Part shown: positions 26,601 through 35,825 of the stretch, one piece after another | Numbering within the stretch: position 1 is the first letter of the stretch | Layout: the number at the start of each line of letters is the position of its first letter | Assembly: GCA_965215975.1 (NCBI GenBank) | Contig: OZ244136.1 | Location: 3,413,281-3,477,280 of the forward strand | Length of the DNA: 64,000 nt | Direction: 5' to 3' | Source: Dehalococcoidia bacterium | GTDB taxonomy: Bacteria; Chloroflexota; Dehalococcoidia; Lucifugimonadales; UBA3495 | The notes under the pieces: model-generated | What the model saw: the letters and a program-made list of their open reading frames with translations, nothing else | The model's database searches: none | What the model was told of the DNA's origin: nothing | Position numbers and translations under genes: made by a program

Positions 26601-27323
26601 ATGGCCAACCTGACCGGCGAAGCAAAGCAAACGTATGTGGCGGACCTTTTCGCTCGCATTGCCCGGCAGTACGACTTGATGAACACCCTGATGACCGGAG
26701 GCATGCATCATCGCTGGAAGCGACGAACTGCCCAACTCACCGCCCGCGGGCTTACCGGACCGGCACTGGACATCGCTACTGGAACAGGAGATTTGGCTTT
26801 CTGCCTCGCCCGACAGGACGGAATTAACACAGCATTGGGCGTAGACCTCCTTCCGGCAATGATTGCGCTGGCACAGGATAAGAAGAAAAACACCGGCACT
26901 CCAGCAAAGGTTGATTTTGCGCTGGGTGATGCGCTGGCCCTCCCTTTTGAAGACGGGTCTTTTGTCTGCGCTACGGCAGGATTCAGTCTCCGGAATATGC
27001 CCGATCTGCCAGCGGCGATAGCGGAAATGGCCCGCGTGGTCCGCCCTGGCGGTCGAGTAACGACCCTGGAGCTTAGCCCCATGTCCCCGGGTTTGAAAGC
27101 GACTCTGTTTCGCATGTATTTCCACCGCGTGGTACCCCTGGTCGGCCAAATTGTGGCCGGAGAACGCACCGCTTACACCTACTTGCCGCAATCCGTTGAT
27201 TACTTTCTACAAGCCGACCGTCTTTCCGATCTCTTTGGGGACGTCGGCCTCGTTGACGTTAGTTTCCAGAAGCTGGGGTTCGGAACTGTGGCAATCCACC
27301 AAGGCACCAAACCGACACCGTAA
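26601..27323 (+). CDS. ubiE: demethylmenaquinone/ubiquinone C-methyltransferase UbiE/MenG
   Basis: YDLMNTLMTGGMHHRWKR signature and SAM motif ALDIATGTGDLA. Confidence 0.85.
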   Translation: MANLTGEAKQTYVADLFARIARQYDLMNTLMTGGMHHRWKRRTAQLTARGLTGPALDIATGTGDLAFCLARQDGINTALGVDLLPAMIALAQDKKKNTGTPAKVDFALGDALALPFEDGSFVCATAGFSLRNMPDLPAAIAEMARVVRPGGRVTTLELSPMSPGLKATLFRMYFHRVVPLVGQIVAGERTAYTYLPQSVDYFLQADRLSDLFGDVGLVDVSFQKLGFGTVAIHQGTKPTP

Positions 27324-27523
27324 TCGGTAACGATCGATACATGGACATCTGCCAGGTGGAGGTCTCCACTGCGATTATCAATCATCATTTCCCGACATTC
27401 GACGTTATTTCCGAGAATTTTACCTAAAGCCCTTGTTGGCTTCCGGTACTTGGTATAAACTTGTAAATAGTTCGCCGACAGGCGGACAGGGTAGCGTTGC
27501 ATTTTTCTCCAACAGGTAGAAAT

Positions 27524-28606
27524 ATGAGGTCCATATTCGATAAATTGGACTCTATAGTTCGAAGAAACGCTGAGATCGAGGCCGACATGGGACGGCCGGA
27601 AGTAGCAGCCGATTTCGAACAGATCCAGACCCTGGCCAAGGAAAGAGCCGGCCTCGAAGAGCTGGTGGAAATTGCCCATCTGCATCATTCCTTGCTCAGC
27701 GAGGAGGCTGACCTCAAGGCGTTGGTTGCTGAGGGGGGCGATCCCGAAATAGGCCAGATGGCACGAGAAGAGCTGGAGGCCGTCGAAATTCGGCTTGAAG
27801 ACCTGGCCCAAGAGCTCAAACTGGCTCTCTTGCCGAGGGACCCAAACGACGAAAGGGACGTCATTGTAGAGATTCGCGCCGGCACCGGAGGTCAGGAAGC
27901 AGGGCTTTTCGCAGGTGATCTGGCACGCCTTTACACCCGATATGCCCAACTACAGAATTGGCGGGTCGACGTTATGGACTCCAATCCGTCCGACTTGGGC
28001 GGTTTCAACAAGGTAGTTTTGGAGATACAGGGCAAGGGTGCTTTCAGTCGGCTCAAATACGAGCGTGGCGTGCACCGTGTACAGCGTGTGCCGGAAACCG
28101 AGGCCCAGGGACGGATCCACACTTCGACGGCAACGGTAGCGGTGCTGGCGCAAGCCGACGAAGTAGAAGTAAAGGTCAATCAAGACGAAATAAGGATCGA
28201 TATATTCCACGCAGGTGGTCATGGCGGCCAGAACGTAAACAAGGTTGCCACAGCGGTGCGCATCGTACACGAACCCACGGGAGTAGTAGTTGTTTGCCAG
28301 GACGAGCGCTCCCAGCACAAGAACAAGCAGAAGGCCATGGCAATGCTAAGGGCCAGGCTATTTGAGGCCGAGCAGGAAAGGCACGACGCCGAAATCTCCC
28401 AGAACCGCCGCTCACAAGTTGGCACTGCCGAGCGTTCCGAGAAGATACGGACCTACAATTACCCCCAGGACCGGATAACCGACCACCGAGTTTCATCCAG
28501 CTTCCACGGCATACCCAGCATCATGGATGGTCCGGGACTGGGCGACATTATCAGTTCCCTGATTGCGTGGGAGCAGGGGAAGCTTCTTGAAGAGGTGACG
28601 GCTTAA
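27524..28606 (+). CDS. prfA: peptide chain release factor 1
   Basis: GGQ motif (HAGGHGGQNVNKV) and an RF1-type tripeptide region (RVPETEAQGRIHTS). ATG 27524 gives the typical N-terminus MRSIFDKLDSI. Confidence 0.9.
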   Translation: MRSIFDKLDSIVRRNAEIEADMGRPEVAADFEQIQTLAKERAGLEELVEIAHLHHSLLSEEADLKALVAEGGDPEIGQMAREELEAVEIRLEDLAQELKLALLPRDPNDERDVIVEIRAGTGGQEAGLFAGDLARLYTRYAQLQNWRVDVMDSNPSDLGGFNKVVLEIQGKGAFSRLKYERGVHRVQRVPETEAQGRIHTSTATVAVLAQADEVEVKVNQDEIRIDIFHAGGHGGQNVNKVATAVRIVHEPTGVVVVCQDERSQHKNKQKAMAMLRARLFEAEQERHDAEISQNRRSQVGTAERSEKIRTYNYPQDRITDHRVSSSFHGIPSIMDGPGLGDIISSLIAWEQGKLLEEVTA

Positions 28607-28621
28607 GCCGTATTCGCCGTC

Positions 28622-29488
28622 ATGCCCCTCTTACGAGAAGCCGTCCAACAGACCCACCGCACTCTCGAAGCAAGCCACATCCCTGACGCACGGCTTGAAG
28701 CCGAAGTGATGCTGATGAACGTCATGCGGTTGCAGCGTCACGACCTCTTTTCGCAGCAGGAAACGGAAGTATCCCCCCAACAGGAAGAAGCGCTGGCGCA
28801 CATTTTGGAGCGCCGGCTACAGCGAGAACCCCTGGCATATATTCTTCAATACAAAGAGTTCTATGGCGTCAACCTGCTGGTCAACACTGATGTGCTGATT
28901 CCGCGACCAGAAACTGAGTGCATGGTGGAGCATGCACTTTTCATGGCGCTTATGGGAATGGAAACGCCGAAATTGGTAATCGCCGACGTGGGAACCGGTA
29001 CGGGCGCCATCGCCATTAACCTGGCTATGCATCTGCCGGCCGCCCGCATCTTTGCCGTGGACTATGCCGACGCCGTCCTGGATGTGGCCGCCTATAATAT
29101 TCGGGCCCACAACGTAGGCGACCGGGTAACCTTGGGAAAGGGCGACCTTCTTGAACCCATTCCTGAGCCGGTGGACTTGATTCTGGCCAATTTGCCTTAT
29201 GTACCCAGCGGCCGCATCCCTGATCTGCAACCTGAGATCCGCTGGGAACCACAGCAAGCCCTGGATGGTGGACCGGATGGCCTGGACCTCATTCGCAGGC
29301 TGTTGCAGCAGGCTCCGTCGAAGTTAAAGGAACATGGTATCGTATTGCTGGAACTAGACCCTGAACAGGTTCCAGCAGTACAAGCCATGGCTGAAGAGAT
29401 CTTCCCAGAAGCGGAAATGTCCGTGGAAAAGGATTTGGCCCAGCGAGACCGCATATTTGTAATCAACCGGGGAATGGAATACTGCTGA
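28622..29488 (+). CDS. prmC: release factor glutamine N5-methyltransferase PrmC/HemK
   Basis: SAM motif ADVGTGTGAIAINLA and catalytic NLPYV (an NPPY variant), immediately downstream of prfA. Confidence 0.85.
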   Translation: MPLLREAVQQTHRTLEASHIPDARLEAEVMLMNVMRLQRHDLFSQQETEVSPQQEEALAHILERRLQREPLAYILQYKEFYGVNLLVNTDVLIPRPETECMVEHALFMALMGMETPKLVIADVGTGTGAIAINLAMHLPAARIFAVDYADAVLDVAAYNIRAHNVGDRVTLGKGDLLEPIPEPVDLILANLPYVPSGRIPDLQPEIRWEPQQALDGGPDGLDLIRRLLQQAPSKLKEHGIVLLELDPEQVPAVQAMAEEIFPEAEMSVEKDLAQRDRIFVINRGMEYC

Positions 29489-29526
29489 TCTAATTCTTCT
29501 CACCGGCGGAACATTTGCACCAAGAG

Positions 29527-29558
29527 AGGGGCAGGAACTTATCCTGCCCCTATTCATT
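29527..29558 (+). terminator. rho-independent terminator after prmC
   Basis: AGGGGCAGGA-actta-TCCTGCCCCT followed by ATTCATTT. Confidence 0.5.
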
Positions 29559-29615
29559 TGACTATCCAGGCAATCCGGAGTGACATGCAGAGTCGGCCGC
29601 ATAGTCTAAAACCGT

Positions 29616-31103
29616 TCAATCAGGCCAGGCCAACTCCAAGGTAGTCACCCGCAGAGTTTCCATATCGGCCACCCTCACCTGGTGGTTGTTTGTGTCGGCG
29701 ATAAACATCTTGCCGCCGGCAATACTCAGGCCGCTTGGTTCAGAAAAGGCTGCTTCCAGCGCGCCCCCGTCCAGGTAGCCCGCCTTACCTGTGCCCAACA
29801 GGGTCTCCGAAGACCTTGGGACGGGCATTATCAGCTTGATCTTATGGTTGTATGTGTCGGCAACATACAGAGCCCCATCTCTGTATGTAATTCCCAGCGG
29901 ATGCTGCAGCCGGACATGGTGGCCCTCTCCGTCCCTGTCGCCGAATTCAAACAGCCCCAGTCCTATAATTGTACGAACTCTGCCATTAGGTTCCAGTTCG
30001 GCCGAGCGGATGGAACTGGTTTCGCTGTCGGCAAAGTAAAGGCGGTTCCCGTCGGTTGTGATGCCACTGGGCTGCGCCAGCGTGGCCTGGTCCATGGCCC
30101 CGTCGCTGATGGACTCGCCGCCGGACCCGGCGTAGGGTCCCACGAGGCCCAATTCCAGGTCCATCACCCACAGTTGATGACAGCCAGCCATGGCAATAAA
30201 GAGCTTATTGTCATGAAATGCCAGATCCCATGGCGAATTCAGCTCTGTGGACAAACCAGGGCCATGGCCTTCGCGACGGTTACCCTGATTGCCGTTACCC
30301 GCAAGGGTCGTAACAGTGCCCGCCACCAAATCGACCTTGCGCAACGCATGGTTCTCGGTGTCGGCAACGAAGAGTGCATCCCCTTCCAATTCCATCCCCT
30401 GGGGATGGTTGAACAGGGCAGAGGAAAAGTCGCCGTCGGCCAAACCCTCTTCACCTGATCCTATTACGGCGGTTACCTTGCCTGCCAGGGAAGCGACCAC
30501 TATCCGGTTGTGGTTGGTATCGGCAATAAACAGGCGATCGCCGGTTTCGTCGGCCAGCACCTTGCCTGGAAAAGACAGAGGTGTTGTTGGCTCTGGCTCC
30601 CTGGCAATCGCAACTGGCTTTCGGTCCAGTTGGCCCTGTTCATCAAACTCCGCGACCATTTGACCCAGCAAGCGGTCCATATCTTCGTAGGACATCTCTC
30701 CTTCGTGCTTGCCGATAACTTTGCCCTCGGGGTCAATGAACATCATGGTTGGCCAGGCCCGGCAGGCATATTCCTGCCATACCTGGAATTCGGCATCATT
30801 GACCACCGGATGTTCAAGTTCGCACCGCTTGACCGCCTTGTAGAGGTTCTCCTTTTCCTTCTCGTTAGGGAACTTGGCGGAATGGACGCCGATAACCATC
30901 AGTTCTTCGGCGTACTTGCGTTCCAGTCTCCGCAACTGCGGAAAGATGTGCATGCAGTTGATTCAACAATAGGTCCAGAAGTCCAGCAGGACTATTTTGC
31001 CCCTCAGCTCCGCCATGGTAAGCGGTCGGTCGGTATTGACCCACTCCAATCCTTGAGGGAAATCAGGGGCATTCACCTTGCCGGCAAAGGACCTGCTAGT
31101 CAT
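29616..31103 (-). CDS. thioredoxin-fold (redoxin) / NHL-repeat protein with in-frame UGA at the CxxC position (predicted selenoprotein, NHLRC2-like architecture)
   Basis: The same frame extends upstream of the track ORF (30953) to ATG 31103, with GGAGAG 7 nt upstream. It reads [59 protein letters not shown]... and contains a single TGA. The length of 1488 nt is in frame, and multiple NHL blades follow ([36 protein letters not shown]). Confidence 0.7.
30927..30944 (-). other. candidate SECIS-like hairpin downstream of the UGA
   Basis: mRNA UUUCCGC-AGUU-GCGGAGA forms 7 bp including one G.U. The loop contains GU and begins 26 nt after the UGA. Confidence 0.3.
30963..30965 (-). other. in-frame UGA codon, predicted selenocysteine (U of a UxxC redox motif)
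   Basis: Plus-strand tca at 30963-30965 is TGA on the coding strand, flanked by TGT (Cys) and ATC AAC TGC (Ile-Asn-Cys). Confidence 0.6.
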
Positions 31104-31166
31104 GACTAACTCTCCAACAATGCGAAAACTGGAACACCAGAACCGTAAACGCCTCTAACGCGCAGC

Positions 31167-31676
31167 TTACTCAAAAGCCAGGGTGGCGTGGCGGAAGAAG
31201 ATGGAGCCCACAGGGTCGCCCAATGGAGCATTGCCAACCAGCACGGCAATCACGTGCTCCTTGCCCGGTTCCGCTGAATCCGAAACTGCCACGCGCTTGG
31301 AAGTGTTGTTGCCGGTTATAACGCCAATGTTCCGGTCTATGGCGCCATCGACATAGACTTCTCCGTAGTTGTCTACGTTGCATTCGAAGAACACCCGGTT
31401 GCCGGCCGATGCTTGTCCCTTGACACTTTCCGGCATGGTAAAGGACAGGCGGTACCAGGCAAAGGTGAATCCTACGGACAGCCTTTCCTGAATGGAATCA
31501 GGCTGCTCCCAGCCGGAATCGTCGTACTCGGGCAGGCGGGCAGGAACCCCGCGCATTTCCGCCACCAGACCCTGATTCGGTTCGCCGGGTACCATACCCA
31601 TGCCGCGCCGCCAACCGGCAGCGCCCAATACCTGCAGGTCACCCTTGTCGTCCAGGTCGAGAGATACTCTTGCCAT
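31167..31676 (-). CDS. hypothetical protein (beta-sandwich, galactose-binding-domain-like by composition)
   Basis: 169-aa ORF with GGAGGA upstream of the ATG. No diagnostic motif recognised. Confidence 0.45.
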   Translation of the reverse strand: MARVSLDLDDKGDLQVLGAAGWRRGMGMVPGEPNQGLVAEMRGVPARLPEYDDSGWEQPDSIQERLSVGFTFAWYRLSFTMPESVKGQASAGNRVFFECNVDNYGEVYVDGAIDRNIGVITGNNTSKRVAVSDSAEPGKEHVIAVLVGNAPLGDPVGSIFFRHATLAFE

Positions 31677-31765
31677 CGTTCAGTCCTCCAAAAAAATTCG
31701 CTCTAATTGCAACTTACTCGAGCTCTAGCTGAGTCAGGAAGCCAACCATTTAACTCTTAGGTTCA

Positions 31766-32479
31766 TTACCCCAGGTTTGAAGCGAAGAAATCCAGGGTGC
31801 GTGGCCACGAGGCATCTGAAGCCTCCTTGTGGTAGCGGTCAGTCGTAAAGTCCATGAAGGCGTGGTTGGCGCCTGGGTAGGTATAAAACTGGTGCGCCTT
31901 ACCCAGACTGGTCAATTCGGCGTCAAACTTCCGCATGTCGTCCTGCGAAGGATTCTCGTCCACCTCGCCAAAATGGAAAAGGACAGGACAGTCAATGTTC
32001 GCCGCCATTTCAAAGGGGGGCTTCGTCCCAGCGCCCCAGGGAACCAACAGGTTGCCGCCATAATAGGGCGCCAATGCCTTGAAATGAGGGTTGGATGCAG
32101 CACCCAGCCAGGCAACTCGCCCGCCCATGCAGAACCCGGTAATGCCAAGCTTTTCGCCGTCAATTGCCGGATGGTTACGCAAAAAGTCGACGGTCGCGTT
32201 GATGTCGGCGACGATGTCAGGATCGCTAAGTACGTCCCAGGGACGAGGCCTGGGATCACCGTTTAACACCTCGTCGGGTATTCTGTGGTACAAATTTGGC
32301 GCAACGGCGGCATAGCCCGCTTCGGCGAACCTGTCACACATGGTCTGGATAAAGCGATCCACGCCACCACCATGCTGGCTGACGACAATGGCGTTGAATG
32401 GCCCAGCGCCAGAGGGAACGCTGGCGTACATATCCATGTCTTGCCCATCAACCTGAACCTTTTCCCAAAAGGATGGCAT
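31766..32479 (-). CDS. dienelactone hydrolase family protein
   Basis: Nucleophile motif GFCMGGRVA, C-terminal YPGANHAF, 237 aa. Confidence 0.8.
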   Translation of the reverse strand: MPSFWEKVQVDGQDMDMYASVPSGAGPFNAIVVSQHGGGVDRFIQTMCDRFAEAGYAAVAPNLYHRIPDEVLNGDPRPRPWDVLSDPDIVADINATVDFLRNHPAIDGEKLGITGFCMGGRVAWLGAASNPHFKALAPYYGGNLLVPWGAGTKPPFEMAANIDCPVLFHFGEVDENPSQDDMRKFDAELTSLGKAHQFYTYPGANHAFMDFTTDRYHKEASDASWPRTLDFFASNLG

Positions 32480-32589
32480 AGCGGCACCTCTCTTACGTTT
32501 GTTATTGGGTCGGAAGGTCTATTTGGCGATTTGCTTTCGCCGCTACCTGGAGCTTTTGCCGGTAAGGCCAAGCCGCCACCCACCTAATC

Positions 32590-33924
32590 CTAAAGCAGTC
32601 CCTCGGCCCTTACTTCGGCCAATGACATTTCAACTGCGGACAGTGTCTTGTCTATTTCGATCTCCGTGTGCGTAGAAGACACCAGGAACGAGTCTCGCCC
32701 CATGATATCGATTCCATTGTTTTGCATACTGCGCTTCAGAGCAGTGACCGCCGGCGACCCGATAGCAGCCTTAATTTCATTGTGTGGCATAGTACAAATG
32801 CCGCGGTCACAGTCGCAGTCCGCCAACACCAGGTGGATCATGGAGGCTACACCATGGGCATGTCCCGCAACTTCCATCTTGCCCAACACCTCGTTGAGCC
32901 CGAGTTTGAGGCGGTTGGCCATGGCGTCGGCCCGTTGGTTGATTGGCTGACTCGCTATCATTTCAAGGCATACGGACCCAGCTACGGCAGAGAGGGGATT
33001 GCCATTGAAGGTTCCGGGATGATAGACGCGTTCGCGATTGTCCCACTCAGGGTCGCCTCTATGGGCGATCATGTCGACGATCTCAGCCTTGCCGCCGACC
33101 GCACCACCGGGTAAGGCTCCGGCTACGATTTTCGCCATAGTGGTTAAATCAGGCTCGACGTCGTAGAGCACCTGGGCACCGCCGGGGGAAGCACGGAATC
33201 CCGTAACGACTTCATCAAAGATAAGCACTACTCCGTTCTGGTGGGTCAGGTCCCGCAGGCCTTTAAGGTAATTGGGTGTATCAAAGGGCAATTGCCCATA
33301 GTGTGCGCCAGTCGGTTCCAGGATTATAGCTGCAATGTCCGAGTCTCGGTTGAGAGCATCTTCTACTGCCCCCAAATCGCCCGAAGGGACTATAACCATG
33401 CTGCCCCAACTCTCTTGGGGTATACCCGGGGCGGGGCGGTCAGACCCAGCCATGGCATAGTCGTGCCAGCCGTGAAAATGGTCCTGCAGCTTTATGATTT
33501 TGTTCTTGCCGGTGTAGGCCCTGGCCAACCGCATGGCCATCAACGTTGCCTCAGTGCCGGAGCTATGGAAGCGCACACGCTCTACCGACGGCATAAGAGC
33601 CATAATGGCTTTCGCCCAGCGCAGTTCTTCGTCAGTGCATGCACCCAGGTGAGTACCCCGGTAAATCTGCTCCGAGACGGCGGCGGCAATGGCTGGGTGC
33701 GAATGACCCAATATCAGGGCGCCGTGGCCGGAGACGTAATCGATGTACTCGTGTCCGTCCACATCCCATTTGCAAGGGCCCGTTCCGTGGGTGATATATA
33801 GTGGGAAAGGTTGGGCGTACCGGTTATCGTGGGTAACGCCACCAGGAAATATCTGGGTGGCTTCAGCATACCGCTGTGCCGACCCCGGGTGCTTTGCGAT
33901 ATATTCTTCCAGAATGGTAGCCAT
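32590..33924 (-). CDS. glutamate-1-semialdehyde 2,1-aminomutase-like class III aminotransferase
   Basis: FDEVVTGFRASPGGAQ, the PLP-lysine region TTMAKIVAGALPGG, and HFHGWHDY. ATG 33924 is preceded by AGGAGG; the track start at 34023 is unlikely. Confidence 0.8.
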   Translation of the reverse strand: MATILEEYIAKHPGSAQRYAEATQIFPGGVTHDNRYAQPFPLYITHGTGPCKWDVDGHEYIDYVSGHGALILGHSHPAIAAAVSEQIYRGTHLGACTDEELRWAKAIMALMPSVERVRFHSSGTEATLMAMRLARAYTGKNKIIKLQDHFHGWHDYAMAGSDRPAPGIPQESWGSMVIVPSGDLGAVEDALNRDSDIAAIILEPTGAHYGQLPFDTPNYLKGLRDLTHQNGVVLIFDEVVTGFRASPGGAQVLYDVEPDLTTMAKIVAGALPGGAVGGKAEIVDMIAHRGDPEWDNRERVYHPGTFNGNPLSAVAGSVCLEMIASQPINQRADAMANRLKLGLNEVLGKMEVAGHAHGVASMIHLVLADCDCDRGICTMPHNEIKAAIGSPAVTALKRSMQNNGIDIMGRDSFLVSSTHTEIEIDKTLSAVEMSLAEVRAEGLL

Positions 33925-34137
33925 ATAGCCTCCTAAGCTGCCAGAAGCCTCTCTGTCCCCATGATATACCATAGAAAACGGTAAGGCTATGGAGTCAACC
34001 ACAAGACCACATTGCCCGGACATAGCTACGGAAAGCGGTCATGGGACAGTTTCGAGAGCAGAAGCGGCTTCACCCCAAGGAGTCGTGGAGTGCCCCCCTT
34101 ATTCCAAGATACATACGAGGACTAATGGGTTTACGGA

Positions 34138-35445
34138 TCAGTCATCGCTTTCAGAAGCTCTGGTCAACTGCGGTGGCCGCCTGATCAACATGAAGCATAT
34201 GCTGGCAAGACCTGCACAGACGGCAGCCGGGCCAATGGCCCAATCGTAGTTCCCGAAATGGTCGAAAACCCAGCCAACGTAAACAGGAGAGCCTACCAGT
34301 GCCCAGCTGTGCGAGAAGGTAATGTAACCCCGCAGGGTGGCAAACCGGTCACGGCCAAAGAAGTCACCCAAAGCCGCCCAGATGATTATGCCTGCTCCGT
34401 CGCCAAATCCCTCCAGGATAATAAACATCACCAGCAGCATGATTCCAATGGCGCCGGCATTCCATTCTCCAAAATACAGGAATACGAAGGCTATTGCCTC
34501 GGCAGCCAGGCTGACTGCCAGCAACAGGCCCTTTGGCCACTTGTCGCCCAAGTACCCCACTGCCAGCCGGGCAATGAAGTTTATGCCAAACATCGCGCCG
34601 GTCAAATTCGCGGCCATTTGGCGACTTACGCCTTTGTCTTCGAGTATAGGAATAATGCTGACCAAAATTCCCAGCGTGGCAATCATCCGCAGACCGGCGC
34701 CTAGCATGAGCAGCCAATAGGCGTTGGTATGGAGCGCCTCCCGGACAGTGTAATCCCTCAGCAGCCTGCGGCGCCCGGCGCCCCCACGGGCACCTAAAGT
34801 AGAAGGCGGTGTGGCGTCACCGTCGGGCAACAAACCCATATCTTCGGGCTTGTTCCGAAATAGAAAACAAAGGGGAAAGAGAAAAACCAGGTAGGAAACA
34901 CCGGCAATCAGCGAGGCCATTTCCCAGCCCCATCTTTCGATCACGCCATTCATTGAAGGGACTATAAAGAGCCCACCCAGCGAGGAAACTGCGGCCAGAA
35001 TTGAAATGGCGAGGGAGCGGCGGCGGCGGAACCATTGGTTGATTCCGGCAAACATAGCATGCTGAAATGCTATGCTGTTGCCCAGTGAAACCATCAACAG
35101 GTAAACGAGGGTAAAGCTCCAGAATCCGCTGACGAACTGGGACAGAGCAAAGTAACCGAGGAGCGCCAGCAGTACCGATGGTATAAGTAGCCTTCTGTTG
35201 CCAAAACGGTCAATCATCCAGCCGGCAAAGGGGCCTTCCAGCCCGCCTTCAGCGCGAGCAAGCGAAAAGATGAGGTTGGTTTGGGCTTGGCTAATGCCCA
35301 GGGAGTCCCGCAAGGCAGGTACGAAAACTGTGAAACCGCGAAAGAATATGCCGCTGGCAAAAAAGGACATCCAGGAGGTGATGGCCAGCATCCACCAACC
35401 GTAAAATATACGGGGACGCTGTTCCTGTGAAGTAGCCTGCTGCAA
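34138..35445 (-). CDS. MFS transporter
   Basis: 435 aa with about 12 TM helices. The N-terminal RIFYGWWMLAI is typical of oxalate/formate-antiporter-like MFS proteins. Confidence 0.7.
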   Translation of the reverse strand: MQQATSQEQRPRIFYGWWMLAITSWMSFFASGIFFRGFTVFVPALRDSLGISQAQTNLIFSLARAEGGLEGPFAGWMIDRFGNRRLLIPSVLLALLGYFALSQFVSGFWSFTLVYLLMVSLGNSIAFQHAMFAGINQWFRRRRSLAISILAAVSSLGGLFIVPSMNGVIERWGWEMASLIAGVSYLVFLFPLCFLFRNKPEDMGLLPDGDATPPSTLGARGGAGRRRLLRDYTVREALHTNAYWLLMLGAGLRMIATLGILVSIIPILEDKGVSRQMAANLTGAMFGINFIARLAVGYLGDKWPKGLLLAVSLAAEAIAFVFLYFGEWNAGAIGIMLLVMFIILEGFGDGAGIIIWAALGDFFGRDRFATLRGYITFSHSWALVGSPVYVGWVFDHFGNYDWAIGPAAVCAGLASICFMLIRRPPQLTRASESDD

Positions 35446-35825
35446 GTAAAACCGCCTACCCTGACTGCTGGGTTTACACCAAAAAAGAGGCCCGCCCTAC
35501 CGGCGAGCCGCAGGTTGCATACCATCAATTTGTTGATAAAGTCTGCTGGATACTATTTGTAATTGGTTCGCATAGTTTACCCGCTCCAGAGAAATTGGGC
35601 AACGTATATCGTCGTTTCCGCAAACGAAGGACTGCAACAATTAGCGAGTGAATGTGGCCCGCAGTCTTGCGGAAAACCTTCGCCCCTATGGCAATGCTGT
35701 GCCCGGGCTTGTGACACGGGATAGTTGGAAGAAGACCGGTTGCAAGCTACAATTGGTTCAGGCCTTTGCCTCACCCGACAATCCGGAGACTGCAAGTCGA
35801 AAACAGGCATTCGCGGAGCCGGACA

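Noticed and set aside
27497-28606. Possible programmed +1 frameshift, as in prfB.
   Set aside because: The protein is RF1 (PET-type tripeptide region, not SPF), and the ORF is continuous. No frameshift site is needed.
35446-35825. A LexA/SOS box upstream of dinB.
   Set aside because: I found no GAAC-N4-GTTC or CTGT-N8-ACAG type palindrome by eye. The closest match, CGAAAACAGGCATTCG, has the wrong spacing and half-sites.
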